61,809 bases of DNA, taken from assembly GCA_041486815.1 (NCBI GenBank), contig JBGPMG010000001.1, positions 1-61,809 of the forward strand. Reading direction: 5' to 3'. The notes below the pieces were generated by a model that saw only the letters and a program-made list of their open reading frames with translations, did no database searches and was not told where the DNA came from. This stretch comes from Candidatus Eiseniibacteriota bacterium (GTDB lineage: Bacteria; Eisenbacteria; RBG-16-71-46; SZUA-252). The translations under genes were made by a program, and so were the position numbers. Shown in pieces: positions 8,048 to 16,637 of this stretch (its first letter is position 1; every line of letters begins with the position of its first letter).

Positions 8048-8221
8048 ATGGGTGACGAAGGGAAGGTCAGGTATCGATCGGGCCATGCCGGAACGATCAC
8101 GGGGCCCTTGTGGTTCATCGGCTGGCTGTTCACCATCGGGTATCTCCGTCTTGCCTTCTGGAAGGGAGTTCTCGCCCTGATCGTCTGGCCGTACTACCTG
8201 GGGAGTTTCCTGCGAAAATAG
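8048..8221 (+). CDS. 57-aa hydrophobic peptide downstream of the CPBP protease
   Basis: ATG 8048 lies 8 nt after GGGAGGG. Product: MGDEGKVRYRSGHAGTITGPLWFIGWLFTIGYLRLAFWKGVLALIVWPYYLGSFLRK (two TM segments). It is the tail of track ORF 7511..8221. Confidence 0.55.
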   Translation: MGDEGKVRYRSGHAGTITGPLWFIGWLFTIGYLRLAFWKGVLALIVWPYYLGSFLRK

Positions 8222-8260
8222 GAAGCCGTGCACGCGGCGCCCGCTGAAATCCAAGCAAGA

Positions 8261-8296
8261 TGGCACGTTGCCAGACCTCTGCCTGGCCCCTAGAAT
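8261..8296 (+). promoter_or_regulatory. sigma-70-like promoter (TTGCCA-17 nt-TAGAAT) with the palindrome TGGCA-CGT-TGCCA over the -35
   Basis: TTGCCA at 8268-8273, TAGAAT at 8291-8296, ATG at 8306. The predicted start site is about 3 nt before the ATG and there is no Shine-Dalgarno sequence, so the operon may be leaderless. Confidence 0.45.
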
Positions 8297-8305
8297 CTCC
8301 GTCCC

Positions 8306-9493
8306 ATGCTCAAAACCTCCCCCTTTCATTCCCGCACGGCGCCGCTGGTGCGTGCCCAGACATGGCGTCGCTGGGCGGGCTACCAGATGGCGAGCGCGTA
8401 CGACCCGCACCCCGATCGCGAATACGCTTCGATCCGAAACGCGGCCGCCCTGATCGACGTTTCGCCGCTCCACAAGTACATGCTGACCGGCCCGGATTCG
8501 GCCCGACTCCTCGATCGGATGATCACCCGCGACATGACCAAGTGCACGGTGGGGCAGGTCTACTACACGCCGTGGTGCGATGCCGCGGGGAAGGTGATCG
8601 ACGACGGAACCGTGAGCCGGCTCGCCGACTCCACCTACCGCCTCACCAGCGCCGATTCCTCGCTCCGATGGCTCCAGATGAACGCGGTCGGCATGGACGT
8701 CCGGATCGAGGACGTATCGGAGCGGGTCGGGACGCTCGCGCTCCAAGGGCCCCTCTCCCGAGCGATCCTGAGTCAACTCTCCCCGGCAGACTTTACGAAG
8801 CTGAAGTACTTTCGCGTCATCGAGACGACGGTGGGCGGCATCCCGGTGACCGTCTCCCGCACCGGCTATACCGGGGATCTGGGGTACGAGATCTGGGTGG
8901 AGGCGGCGCGTGCCGAGGCGCTGTGGGACGCTCTGGTCGAAGCGGGAACCCCCTACGGGATCACGCCCGCCGGTGTCTGGGCGCTCGACATTGCGCGGAT
9001 CGAGGCGGGGCTGATCATGCTCGACGTCGATTACTTCTCTGCGCACCACGCGCTGATCGAAGAACGGAAGTCCTCACCGTACGAGATCAACCTCGGATGG
9101 ACGGTGAGCGCGGGGAAGGGACCATTCAACGGCCGGAAGGCCCTCGCGGCCGAGCGCGTCCGCGGCGCCGCCTGGGGATTCGTGGGGCTCGAGCTGGATT
9201 GGGATTCATTCGAGCGACTCTTCCGGACGCATCATCTCCCGCCGCATCTTTCGAACATCGCCTGGCGCGCCAGCGCTCCGACCTATCGGGACGGCGTTCA
9301 GATAGGCTACGCGACCAGCGGAACCTGGTCGCCGCTCCTCAAGAAGCCATTGGCCCTCGCGCACCTGAGAGCGCCGCATTTCACGCCCGGCACCCAGGTC
9401 CAGCTGGAGATCACGGTCGAGCACACTCGGAAAACGGCCGACGCCGTCGTGCGCAAGCTCCCCTTTTACGATCCCGAGCGCAAGAAGGCATGA
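8306..9493 (+). CDS. GcvT-family aminomethyltransferase (folate-binding)
   Basis: 395-aa ORF: SPFHSRTAPL..EYASIRNAAALIDVSPLHKYMLTGPDSARLLDRMITRD..GTLALQGP..SRTGYTGDLGYEIWV, typical of the glycine-cleavage T / DmdA / sarcosine-oxidase family. Confidence 0.9.
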   Translation: MLKTSPFHSRTAPLVRAQTWRRWAGYQMASAYDPHPDREYASIRNAAALIDVSPLHKYMLTGPDSARLLDRMITRDMTKCTVGQVYYTPWCDAAGKVIDDGTVSRLADSTYRLTSADSSLRWLQMNAVGMDVRIEDVSERVGTLALQGPLSRAILSQLSPADFTKLKYFRVIETTVGGIPVTVSRTGYTGDLGYEIWVEAARAEALWDALVEAGTPYGITPAGVWALDIARIEAGLIMLDVDYFSAHHALIEERKSSPYEINLGWTVSAGKGPFNGRKALAAERVRGAAWGFVGLELDWDSFERLFRTHHLPPHLSNIAWRASAPTYRDGVQIGYATSGTWSPLLKKPLALAHLRAPHFTPGTQVQLEITVEHTRKTADAVVRKLPFYDPERKKA

Positions 9494-11073
9494 GCCCCCA
9501 GCGTTACGATGCCGTCCTGATCGGGGGCGGGCACAACGGATTGGTCGCGGCCGCCTACCTCGCCCGCGCGGGGAAGAAGACGCTGGTTCTGGAGCGGCGC
9601 CCGCTTCTGGGTGGAGCCGCCGTGACCGAGGAGGTCTTCCCAGGGTTCAAATTCTCCGTCTTCTCGTACGTTGTGAGTCTCCTGCGTCCGGAGATCATCC
9701 GGGATCTCGACCTTCCACGGCACGGCCTTCAGATCCTGCCGCTCGAGAGCACGATCACCCCCCTCGACAACGGCGACTACCTGGGGTCGTGGTCGGATCC
9801 GGACGAGACGCGCCGCGAGCTGGAGCGCCACTCGACGCGCGACGCCGACGCCGCGGCCGTATTCGGCCGGCTCATGCACCACATGGCGATGGCGGTCAAG
9901 CCGATCATCGGAATGGTTCCGCCCGATCCGGCGTCCCTCGCGCCGTCGGACCTGCGCGGCCTCCTCAAGCTGGGCAGGCACTTCCGTTCGCTCGGCGCCG
10001 AGCGGTTCCACGCGCTCCACAAACTCATGACGATGAGCAGCGCCGACTATCTCGACGAGTGGTTCGAGTTCGGGCCGCTCAAGGCCACGAAATCGGCCAG
10101 CGGCATCATCGGAACCTTCTTGGGGCCGCGCTCACCCGGATCCGCATACGTGCTCCTCCATCACTACATGGGAGAAATCGACGGCGCGTTCCGGGCGTGG
10201 GGCTTCCAGAAGGGAGGAACCGGAGGAATCAGCAACGCGATCGCCGGCGCGGCGCGCGCGGCCGGCGCGGAGATACGCACCGACGCTGCCGTCGAGCGCG
10301 TGCTCGTCCGAAACGGACGCGCGACGGGCGTCGCGCTCGCGAGCGGGGAAGAGATCGCCGCCGACCTCGTCGTCTCGGGGCTCGATCCTCGGCTCACGTT
10401 CACCCTGCTCGTCGAGCCGCAGACGCTGCCCTCCGACCTGCTCGAGGGAGTCCGCCGATACAAGTTCCGCGGCTCCTCGGGGAAGGTGAACCTCGCGCTC
10501 TCCGGGCTCCCCGACTTCACCTGCCTGCCCGGGAAGGGCCCGCACCTGCGCGGCGCGGTCTCCATCAGCCCCAGCATTGAATACCTGGAGCGGGCCTACG
10601 ACGACGCCAAGTACGGCGAGTTCTCACGGAATCCCTACATGGACATCGTAATCCCGTCGATGATCGATCCCGGCATGGCGCCGCCCGGGAAACACGTCAT
10701 GAGCATCTTCGTCCAGTACGCGCCCTACGCCCTGAACGGCGGTTGGACCGACGCGAAGCGCGAAGCGTTCGGCGACGCGGTGGTCGACACCCTGGAGCGC
10801 TACGCGCCGAACATCAAGTCGTTGATTCTCCACCGCCAGGTCCTGACGCCGGCGGACATCGAGCGGATCACTGGCCTCTCGGAAGGGAACATCTTCCAGG
10901 GCGAGCTGGCGCTGCAGCAGCTCTTCTTCCTCCGGCCGGTTCCGGAATGGGCGAAGTACCGCACCCCGATCCACGGCTACTGGCAGTGCGGGGCGGGGAC
11001 CCACCCCGGCGGCGGGATCATGGGCGCGTCGGGAAGGCTCGCGGCGCTCGAAATATTGAGGAACGGGCGATGA
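9490..11073 (+). CDS. CrtI/phytoene-desaturase-like NAD(P)/FAD-dependent oxidoreductase, copy 1
   Basis: Track ORF 8260..11073 trimmed to ATG 9490, which forms an ATGA overlap with the upstream stop. MSPQRYDAVLIGGGHNGLVAAAYLARAGKKTLVLERRPLLGGA is a dinucleotide-binding GxGxxG fold. The C-terminus has GAGTHPGGGIMG. Confidence 0.85.
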   Translation: MSPQRYDAVLIGGGHNGLVAAAYLARAGKKTLVLERRPLLGGAAVTEEVFPGFKFSVFSYVVSLLRPEIIRDLDLPRHGLQILPLESTITPLDNGDYLGSWSDPDETRRELERHSTRDADAAAVFGRLMHHMAMAVKPIIGMVPPDPASLAPSDLRGLLKLGRHFRSLGAERFHALHKLMTMSSADYLDEWFEFGPLKATKSASGIIGTFLGPRSPGSAYVLLHHYMGEIDGAFRAWGFQKGGTGGISNAIAGAARAAGAEIRTDAAVERVLVRNGRATGVALASGEEIAADLVVSGLDPRLTFTLLVEPQTLPSDLLEGVRRYKFRGSSGKVNLALSGLPDFTCLPGKGPHLRGAVSISPSIEYLERAYDDAKYGEFSRNPYMDIVIPSMIDPGMAPPGKHVMSIFVQYAPYALNGGWTDAKREAFGDAVVDTLERYAPNIKSLILHRQVLTPADIERITGLSEGNIFQGELALQQLFFLRPVPEWAKYRTPIHGYWQCGAGTHPGGGIMGASGRLAALEILRNGR

Positions 11074-12671
11074 CGGCGCCGAAGTACGACGCGATTGTGA
11101 TCGGAGCGGGCGCGAACGGGCTCACCGCCGCCACGGCGCTGGGCAAGGCCGGCCTGCGCGTTCTATTGCTCGAGCGGGGCAAGACGGCGGGTGGCCAGGG
11201 AGGGGTCGTGGAATTCGCTCCCGGCTTCAAGGCCGCTCCCCTCGGCTCCGATCCAGGCTGGGTTCCCCCGGCGGTAGCGAGAACGCTTCGGCTCGACACG
11301 CTCGACCGCGTCGCCGCCGACACGCCCGTATCGGTCGCGGTGGAGCCCGGGAAGTTTCTCACCCTTTCGAGGGACGTTTCCCGCGCCGCGGACGCCATCC
11401 GCGCCTACTCAGGCAGCGACGCGGTGAAGTGGCCGGCCTTCACGGCGCGGCTGAAGAAGCTGGCGGGATTCCTCGGGGTCCTCTACCAAACTCCCGCGCC
11501 GGACATCGATGCGCGGTCGCTTGCCGATCTGCTCCCGCTGCTCGGCGTCGGCGGAAAATTCCGGGCCTTGGGCCGAGTCGACATGATCGAGTTCCTGCGC
11601 ACGCTCCCGATGTCGGTCTGGGAGCTTCTCGACGACTGGTTCGAGAGCGCGCCGCTCAAGGCCGCTGTCGCCGCGGGTGGAATTCAGGATTTTCAGCAGG
11701 GCCCGCGCTCGGGCGGGACCGGCTTCGTCCTCCTCCACTACCTGGTCGGCGCGTCCGCTGGCTCGGTGAGGGGACGGGCGCCGTGGGTTGCGGGGCCCGA
11801 CGCGTTCACCGAGGCGGGGGAGGAAGCGGCGCAGAGGGCGGGCGTCACGGTGCGCACAGCCGCGCCCGTCGCCCGCGTGCGAGTGAAGGACGACGCGGTC
11901 GTTGGTGTGGCGCTCGAGAATGGGGACGAGATCGACTCGGGCTACGTGCTCTCGACCGCCGATCCCGCGCGCACGCTCCTCGATTGGGTCGACCCGGTCT
12001 GGCTCGACCCGGACTTCATCGACGCCGTTCGAAATATCCGGTACCGCGGCTGCACCGCGGTCGCGCTCTATGCGCTGGATGCGCTACCTCGGGTTCCGGG
12101 GCTCGCGACGCCTGAGGCGCTCGCGGGCATCGTCTCGCTCACGCCGCGCCTGGAGTTGCTGGAACGCGCGGCGGACGCGGCCAAGTACGGCACCGTCTCC
12201 GAGAGGCCGCATGTCGAGGTGACCGTGCCCACGCTCCTCTGGCACGAGCTGGCGCCCTCGGGCAAACACGTTCTCGCGGCTCGCGTTCAATACGCTCCCT
12301 ATCGATTGGCGAACGGCGCCGGCTGGGACACGGCGCGCCGCGACGCCCTTGCGGCGTCGGTAACCGCCGCCATCGAGGGCGTGGCGCCTGGGTTCTCTTC
12401 CACCATTCTTCACCAGGCGGTGTGGTCGCCGCTCGATCTCGAGAAGCAATTCGGACTCCGGGAGGGCGCGGCCTCCCATGGAGAGCTGGGCCTCGACCAG
12501 ATACTCTTTATGAGACCCGTCGCCGGATGGGGGTGCCATGCCACGCCGATCGCGGGTCTTTACCTCGGCGGAGCGGGAACGCACCCCGGGCCCGGGATTC
12601 TGGGGGGGCCGGGATTGCTCGCGGCGCGGCGTCTTCTCGGCCATCGACGCAGGAGGAACGGGGCTTCATGA
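11070..12671 (+). CDS. CrtI/phytoene-desaturase-like NAD(P)/FAD-dependent oxidoreductase, copy 2
   Basis: Track ORF 10743..12671 trimmed to ATG 11070 (ATGA overlap). MTAPKYDAIVIGAGANGLTAATALGKAGLRVLLLERGKTAGG. The C-terminus has GAGTHPGPGILG. It is a paralogue of the preceding gene. Confidence 0.85.
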   Translation: MTAPKYDAIVIGAGANGLTAATALGKAGLRVLLLERGKTAGGQGGVVEFAPGFKAAPLGSDPGWVPPAVARTLRLDTLDRVAADTPVSVAVEPGKFLTLSRDVSRAADAIRAYSGSDAVKWPAFTARLKKLAGFLGVLYQTPAPDIDARSLADLLPLLGVGGKFRALGRVDMIEFLRTLPMSVWELLDDWFESAPLKAAVAAGGIQDFQQGPRSGGTGFVLLHYLVGASAGSVRGRAPWVAGPDAFTEAGEEAAQRAGVTVRTAAPVARVRVKDDAVVGVALENGDEIDSGYVLSTADPARTLLDWVDPVWLDPDFIDAVRNIRYRGCTAVALYALDALPRVPGLATPEALAGIVSLTPRLELLERAADAAKYGTVSERPHVEVTVPTLLWHELAPSGKHVLAARVQYAPYRLANGAGWDTARRDALAASVTAAIEGVAPGFSSTILHQAVWSPLDLEKQFGLREGAASHGELGLDQILFMRPVAGWGCHATPIAGLYLGGAGTHPGPGILGGPGLLAARRLLGHRRRRNGAS

Positions 12672-13792
12672 CCGATTTTCGTCCTACGGCCACGACGTAC
12701 CGGGCAGGCTCGAAGACCCTGCCCGGATCGTTCTATACCTCGACGCCGACCTTGGCCGACGAAATGGAGCGCCTCTTCGCGAGGTCGTGGAATTGCGTTG
12801 GCCGCGCCTCCCGGCTCGTGAAGCCCGGAGAATACTTCCTCCGTGAGATCGCTGGGGAGTCGATCGTGGTCTTGCGGGACGGGAAGGGGACGCCGCGCGC
12901 TTTCTTCAACGTCTGCCGGCACAGGGGCACGCGGATTTGCCGCGAGGACTCGGGCCATTTCACCGCGACGATCCAGTGTCCTTACCACGCTTGGACCTAC
13001 GCGCTCGATGGATCCCTCGTCGGCGCTCCCGGCATGCAAGAGGTCGATGGGTTCGAGAAGGGGGAGTATCCGCTTCACCCCGCGGCGCTCGCGGAGTGGG
13101 AGGGTTTCCTGTTCGTGAACATCGCTCGAGACCCCGAGCCGTTCGAGAAGGTCTGGGCGCCGATGCGGGGGCGGCTCGATCGCTTCCGTCTCAGCGGGCT
13201 TCAGGTGGGACACCGGGTCGTGTACGACGTACAAGCGAACTGGAAGCTGGTCTTCCAGAACTATTCCGAGTGCCTTCACTGCCCGACGATCCATCCGAAG
13301 CTCGCGACGGTGTTGCCGTATCAGAGCGGCGCGAACGATCTCACGGAGGGATCGTTCCTCGGCGGTTACATGGAGATCAAGCCGCCGAACGTCAGCGCGA
13401 CGATGAGCGGCCGCGCGTGCGGCCGGATCGTGAGCGGGGACATTCCGGAGTCCGACCGGCGCCGCGCCTACTACTACACCCTGATGCCGAATCTCCTGTT
13501 GAGCCTCCACCCCGACTACGTGAACTACTACCTGGTCCACCCCGTCGCTCCCAATCGGACGCGGGTCGAGTCGGAGTGGCTCTTCCATCCCGACACCGTC
13601 GCCGACCCCAAGAACAACATCCAGGACGCGATCGAGTTCTGGGATCTCACGAACCGCCAAGATTGGGACATCGTCGAGCGGAGTCAGCTCGGGGTGGGGT
13701 CCCGCCGCTACGCGCCGGGCCCCTATTCGCCCCGAGAGAGCATTCCGGCGGCCTGGGACCGGGAATATGTGCGATTGATGGCGCGCGGGTAG
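12668..13792 (+). CDS. Rieske [2Fe-2S] non-heme-iron oxygenase, alpha-subunit type
   Basis: Track ORF 12422..13792 trimmed to ATG 12668 (ATGA overlap). Rieske motif CRHRG..x..CPYHAW. Mononuclear-iron motif NYSECLHCPTIHP (H-x4-H). Confidence 0.9.
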   Translation: MTDFRPTATTYRAGSKTLPGSFYTSTPTLADEMERLFARSWNCVGRASRLVKPGEYFLREIAGESIVVLRDGKGTPRAFFNVCRHRGTRICREDSGHFTATIQCPYHAWTYALDGSLVGAPGMQEVDGFEKGEYPLHPAALAEWEGFLFVNIARDPEPFEKVWAPMRGRLDRFRLSGLQVGHRVVYDVQANWKLVFQNYSECLHCPTIHPKLATVLPYQSGANDLTEGSFLGGYMEIKPPNVSATMSGRACGRIVSGDIPESDRRRAYYYTLMPNLLLSLHPDYVNYYLVHPVAPNRTRVESEWLFHPDTVADPKNNIQDAIEFWDLTNRQDWDIVERSQLGVGSRRYAPGPYSPRESIPAAWDREYVRLMARG

Positions 13793-13824
13793 CCCGGCCA
13801 CCTTCCATACCGGATCCTCGATAC

Positions 13825-14508
13825 GTGACTGGCGACACGGAGTACCTATCGCTCCAACGCGATGTTCCACCGCCCCACGGCGGTGCGAGCATCGTGACCG
13901 CCGGTTCGCCGCTAGGTGAGGCACGAGCGGCGATGATCCTCGTGCATGGGCGCGGAGCCACCGCCGACGACATCCTCGCTCTCGCGGGCCAATGGCGGGC
14001 CGTCGGGGTTACATTCATCGCGCCGCAAGCCGCTGGGCTCACTTGGTACCCCCACTCGTTCCTCGCGCCGCTCCGAAACAATGAGCCCGATCTCTCATCC
14101 GCCCTCGCGCTGCTTGGGGCGATCGTGGACGAGCTCGGGGATCGGGGAATTCCAGCCGAGCGGCAGATCTTGCTCGGCTTCTCTCAGGGCGGCTGCCTGG
14201 CCTTGGAGTTCGCCGGACGATTCGCGCGGCGGCGGGGCGGAGTGGTCGGGCTCTCGGCGGGTCTCATCGGGCCGCCGGGGCGGCAGTGGAACTTCACGGG
14301 CAGCCTCGCTCACACTCACGTATTCCTCGGCTGTAGCGATACCGACCCACACATACCGCGAAGCAGGGTGGAGGAATCGGCCGCCGAGCTCAAGCGAATC
14401 GACGGAGAGGTGGAGCTGCGTATCTACCCGGGGCTCGGGCACACCGTCAACCGAGATGAGATTGGCCACGTGCAACGAATGATCGATGACGTGGGCGTGG
14501 TACCCTAG
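13825..14508 (+). CDS. alpha/beta hydrolase (phospholipase/carboxylesterase family)
   Basis: Track ORF 12937..14508 trimmed to GTG 13825. ILVHGRGATADDIL..LLGFSQGGCLALE (GxSxG nucleophile elbow)..GCSDTDPHIP..GLGHT. The start codon is uncertain; the next ATG is the M of MILVHGRG. Confidence 0.8.
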   Translation: MTGDTEYLSLQRDVPPPHGGASIVTAGSPLGEARAAMILVHGRGATADDILALAGQWRAVGVTFIAPQAAGLTWYPHSFLAPLRNNEPDLSSALALLGAIVDELGDRGIPAERQILLGFSQGGCLALEFAGRFARRRGGVVGLSAGLIGPPGRQWNFTGSLAHTHVFLGCSDTDPHIPRSRVEESAAELKRIDGEVELRIYPGLGHTVNRDEIGHVQRMIDDVGVVP

Positions 14509-14509
14509 A

Positions 14510-14528
14510 CCTCCGAGGCCATCGGAGG
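14510..14528 (+). terminator. 7-bp stem hairpin, CCTCCGA-ggcca-TCGGAGG, right after the esterase stop
   Basis: Seen directly in the sequence. No U-tract follows, so its function as an intrinsic terminator is uncertain. Confidence 0.3.
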
Positions 14529-14565
14529 GACTCTTGGGCAGCTCGAGGGGCAGCATTCGGACCTG

Positions 14566-16137
14566 ATGACCAAGCGCTCACGCGCGGGGATGCCGTCCCA
14601 GCCGGGAAAGGCGGCCGCCCGCCGCCCCATCGCGCTCAATCTTCCCACCGCGGCGGCGTTGATCGCGATCGCGACGATCGCCTCGGCCTGCTACTTCCTG
14701 ACCCTCGAGAAGAAGATCGCGGGCGAGTGGGGCTACGCCCTGGACGACTCGTGGATCTATGCCACGATGGCCCGAAATCTCGCGACGGGGCATGGATTCG
14801 CGTTCAATCCAGACCAGCCGGTCGCCGGTTCGACCGGACCGCTCTACACGTTCATCCTCGCCATTTTCTACTTCCTATTCCACGAGGTCATCTGGAGCGC
14901 GAAGATCTTCGGCATCGCCTGCCAGATCGGCTCGGGAATCGCCATCTATCTGACGGCCATCGCGCTTCTCCCGGGGCGGCGACTGCTGGCACTCCTGGCG
15001 GCGCTCCTCGTCGTGACATCGCCTCCGCTCCTCTGGGGAATGCTCTCGGGGATGGAGATTCCGCTCTACCTCCTCCTCGTCTGCGCGGGGCTCGCGTTCT
15101 ATGCGCGCTCGCGCCACCGGATCGCCGTGCTCCTCTGGAGCATCGGTGTATGGGCCCGTCCGGACGGGCTTTTCCTGGTGGCGCTCGGACTCATCGGGCC
15201 GCCGAAGGAGGCCGCGAAGCGCGCGCTCGTCGCCGCTCCCGTTCTGCTCGCGTACTTCGGCTTCAATCATCTGGTCGGAGGGCACTGGATGCCCCAGACC
15301 GTGGGCGCGAAGGCCCACTTCGGCATCGACCTGGTCGGCCGTACCTGGAACATGATGCGAGAATGGGCGGCGCTGTGGGGTATTCCGTACCTAAGGCTCG
15401 AAGCGGTGGAGGAGCCGATCCTTTTCCTGCCGCTCCTTCTGCTCGGCGCTCTCCTCGCTCTGCGGCGGTGGCCCCTCTTCGTACTCTACGCGATTGGATT
15501 TCCGCTGGCGTTATCCCTCTTCCGGGAGCACAGCGCCTCCCACAAACGCTACATCCTCTACGTGATCCCGTTCGCGATGCTCCTGATCGTCATGGCGATC
15601 GATTTTCTGGGTCGAACATTTGGAGGGCGCCGAGCCGCGCCATTCGCCGCCTCAGCAGCCGTGGCCTGCCTGGCGTGGCAGGGCTTCCTCATCCCTGCGA
15701 AGGCGGAGGTCTACGCGTGGAACGTGCAAAACATCAACAAAATGCAGCGGGTCCTCGGCAACTTCGTCAAGCTCTCGACGCAGCCGGGGGACATTGTCGC
15801 GGTGAATGACATCGGCGCGATCGGCTATTTCGGCGAGCGGAACGTCGTGGACCTGATGGGTCTCATCTCCCCTCGAAGGACGCTGCCCGAAAACTTGAGA
15901 CAGTACCGCCCCAAGCTCCTCATCATTTTCATGACATGGTTCCAGGAGTACGCCCGCGACGATCCCAAGAGCGGCAATTACATGTTTTTCGACGCCGACT
16001 CCACGCACCGCTACGAGCTCATCGCGGGGATCGAGCTGGAGAAGAACACAATCTGCGCGAACAACCGGATGACCGCCTATGTGCGCCTTGCACCGGACGA
16101 ACCGTCGCCATCGCGGCGATGGCTCTACAAGTTCTGA
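14566..16137 (+). CDS. multi-pass membrane protein, GT-C / ArnT-PMT-like glycosyltransferase fold
   Basis: 523-aa ORF with more than 10 hydrophobic segments. The N-terminal loop YALDDSWIYATMARNLATGHGFAFNPDQPVAGSTGPLY is typical of GT-C-type membrane glycosyltransferases. Family assignment is by eye. Confidence 0.65.
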   Translation: MTKRSRAGMPSQPGKAAARRPIALNLPTAAALIAIATIASACYFLTLEKKIAGEWGYALDDSWIYATMARNLATGHGFAFNPDQPVAGSTGPLYTFILAIFYFLFHEVIWSAKIFGIACQIGSGIAIYLTAIALLPGRRLLALLAALLVVTSPPLLWGMLSGMEIPLYLLLVCAGLAFYARSRHRIAVLLWSIGVWARPDGLFLVALGLIGPPKEAAKRALVAAPVLLAYFGFNHLVGGHWMPQTVGAKAHFGIDLVGRTWNMMREWAALWGIPYLRLEAVEEPILFLPLLLLGALLALRRWPLFVLYAIGFPLALSLFREHSASHKRYILYVIPFAMLLIVMAIDFLGRTFGGRRAAPFAASAAVACLAWQGFLIPAKAEVYAWNVQNINKMQRVLGNFVKLSTQPGDIVAVNDIGAIGYFGERNVVDLMGLISPRRTLPENLRQYRPKLLIIFMTWFQEYARDDPKSGNYMFFDADSTHRYELIAGIELEKNTICANNRMTAYVRLAPDEPSPSRRWLYKF

Positions 16138-16637
16138 TAGGCGTACAAGCAGATCTCCTCGTCATCACCGGGAAGCGTCATCATGCGCTCGAATTGAAGC
16201 CCGATGCCCTCGAGGACTTTGATCGATCGAAGGTTTCCGGGGGCGACGATCGCGACGATCCGTTTCAGTCCGAGGTCGCGCTTCCCGTGCTCGAGCACAG
16301 CGGCTGCCGACTCGAGCGCGAAGCCGCAACCGCGGAATTGGGGCAGAAAGGCGTAGCCGATATCGACGTCGTCTAACCCATCGCGCTTGACGAGACCGCA
16401 CGACCCGATGGGCTCTTCGGTGTTCCTGAGCGCCACGACGTACATGCCGAACCCCATGCGCTCGTACATGGCCAGCGTTCCCTTTTCGAGATAAGCCCGC
16501 GCGTCCTCGAGGTTCCTCACGTTGCGGTCGCCGATATGCTCGAGCCAAGCCGGGTCGTTCACCAACTCGAGCGCGAAGGTAGCATCCTCCAAGGTGAAGC
16601 GACGAAGGACCAGACGCTGGGTCTCGAGAACCCTCAC
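16125..16637 (-). CDS. GNAT family N-acetyltransferase (RimJ/RimL-like)
   Basis: 170-aa ORF with a GTG start: TQRLVLRRFTLEDA..IGSCGL..IGYAFLPQFRGCGFALESAAAVLEHG. It forms a GTGA overlap with the upstream aminotransferase stop. Confidence 0.9.
   Translation of the reverse strand: MRVLETQRLVLRRFTLEDATFALELVNDPAWLEHIGDRNVRNLEDARAYLEKGTLAMYERMGFGMYVVALRNTEEPIGSCGLVKRDGLDDVDIGYAFLPQFRGCGFALESAAAVLEHGKRDLGLKRIVAIVAPGNLRSIKVLEGIGLQFERMMTLPGDDEEICLYAYQNL

Noticed and set aside
8260-9489. N-terminal extensions of track ORFs: 8260..11073, 10743..12671, 12422..13792, 12937..14508, 26541..29213, 834..1556, 7122..8033, 46711..47964 and 16634..18280.
   Set aside because: The extensions overlap the preceding well-supported gene in another frame and translate to low-complexity sequence. 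In each case a start codon sits at an ATGA/GTGA junction or after a ribosome-binding site, exactly where the recognisable protein family begins.
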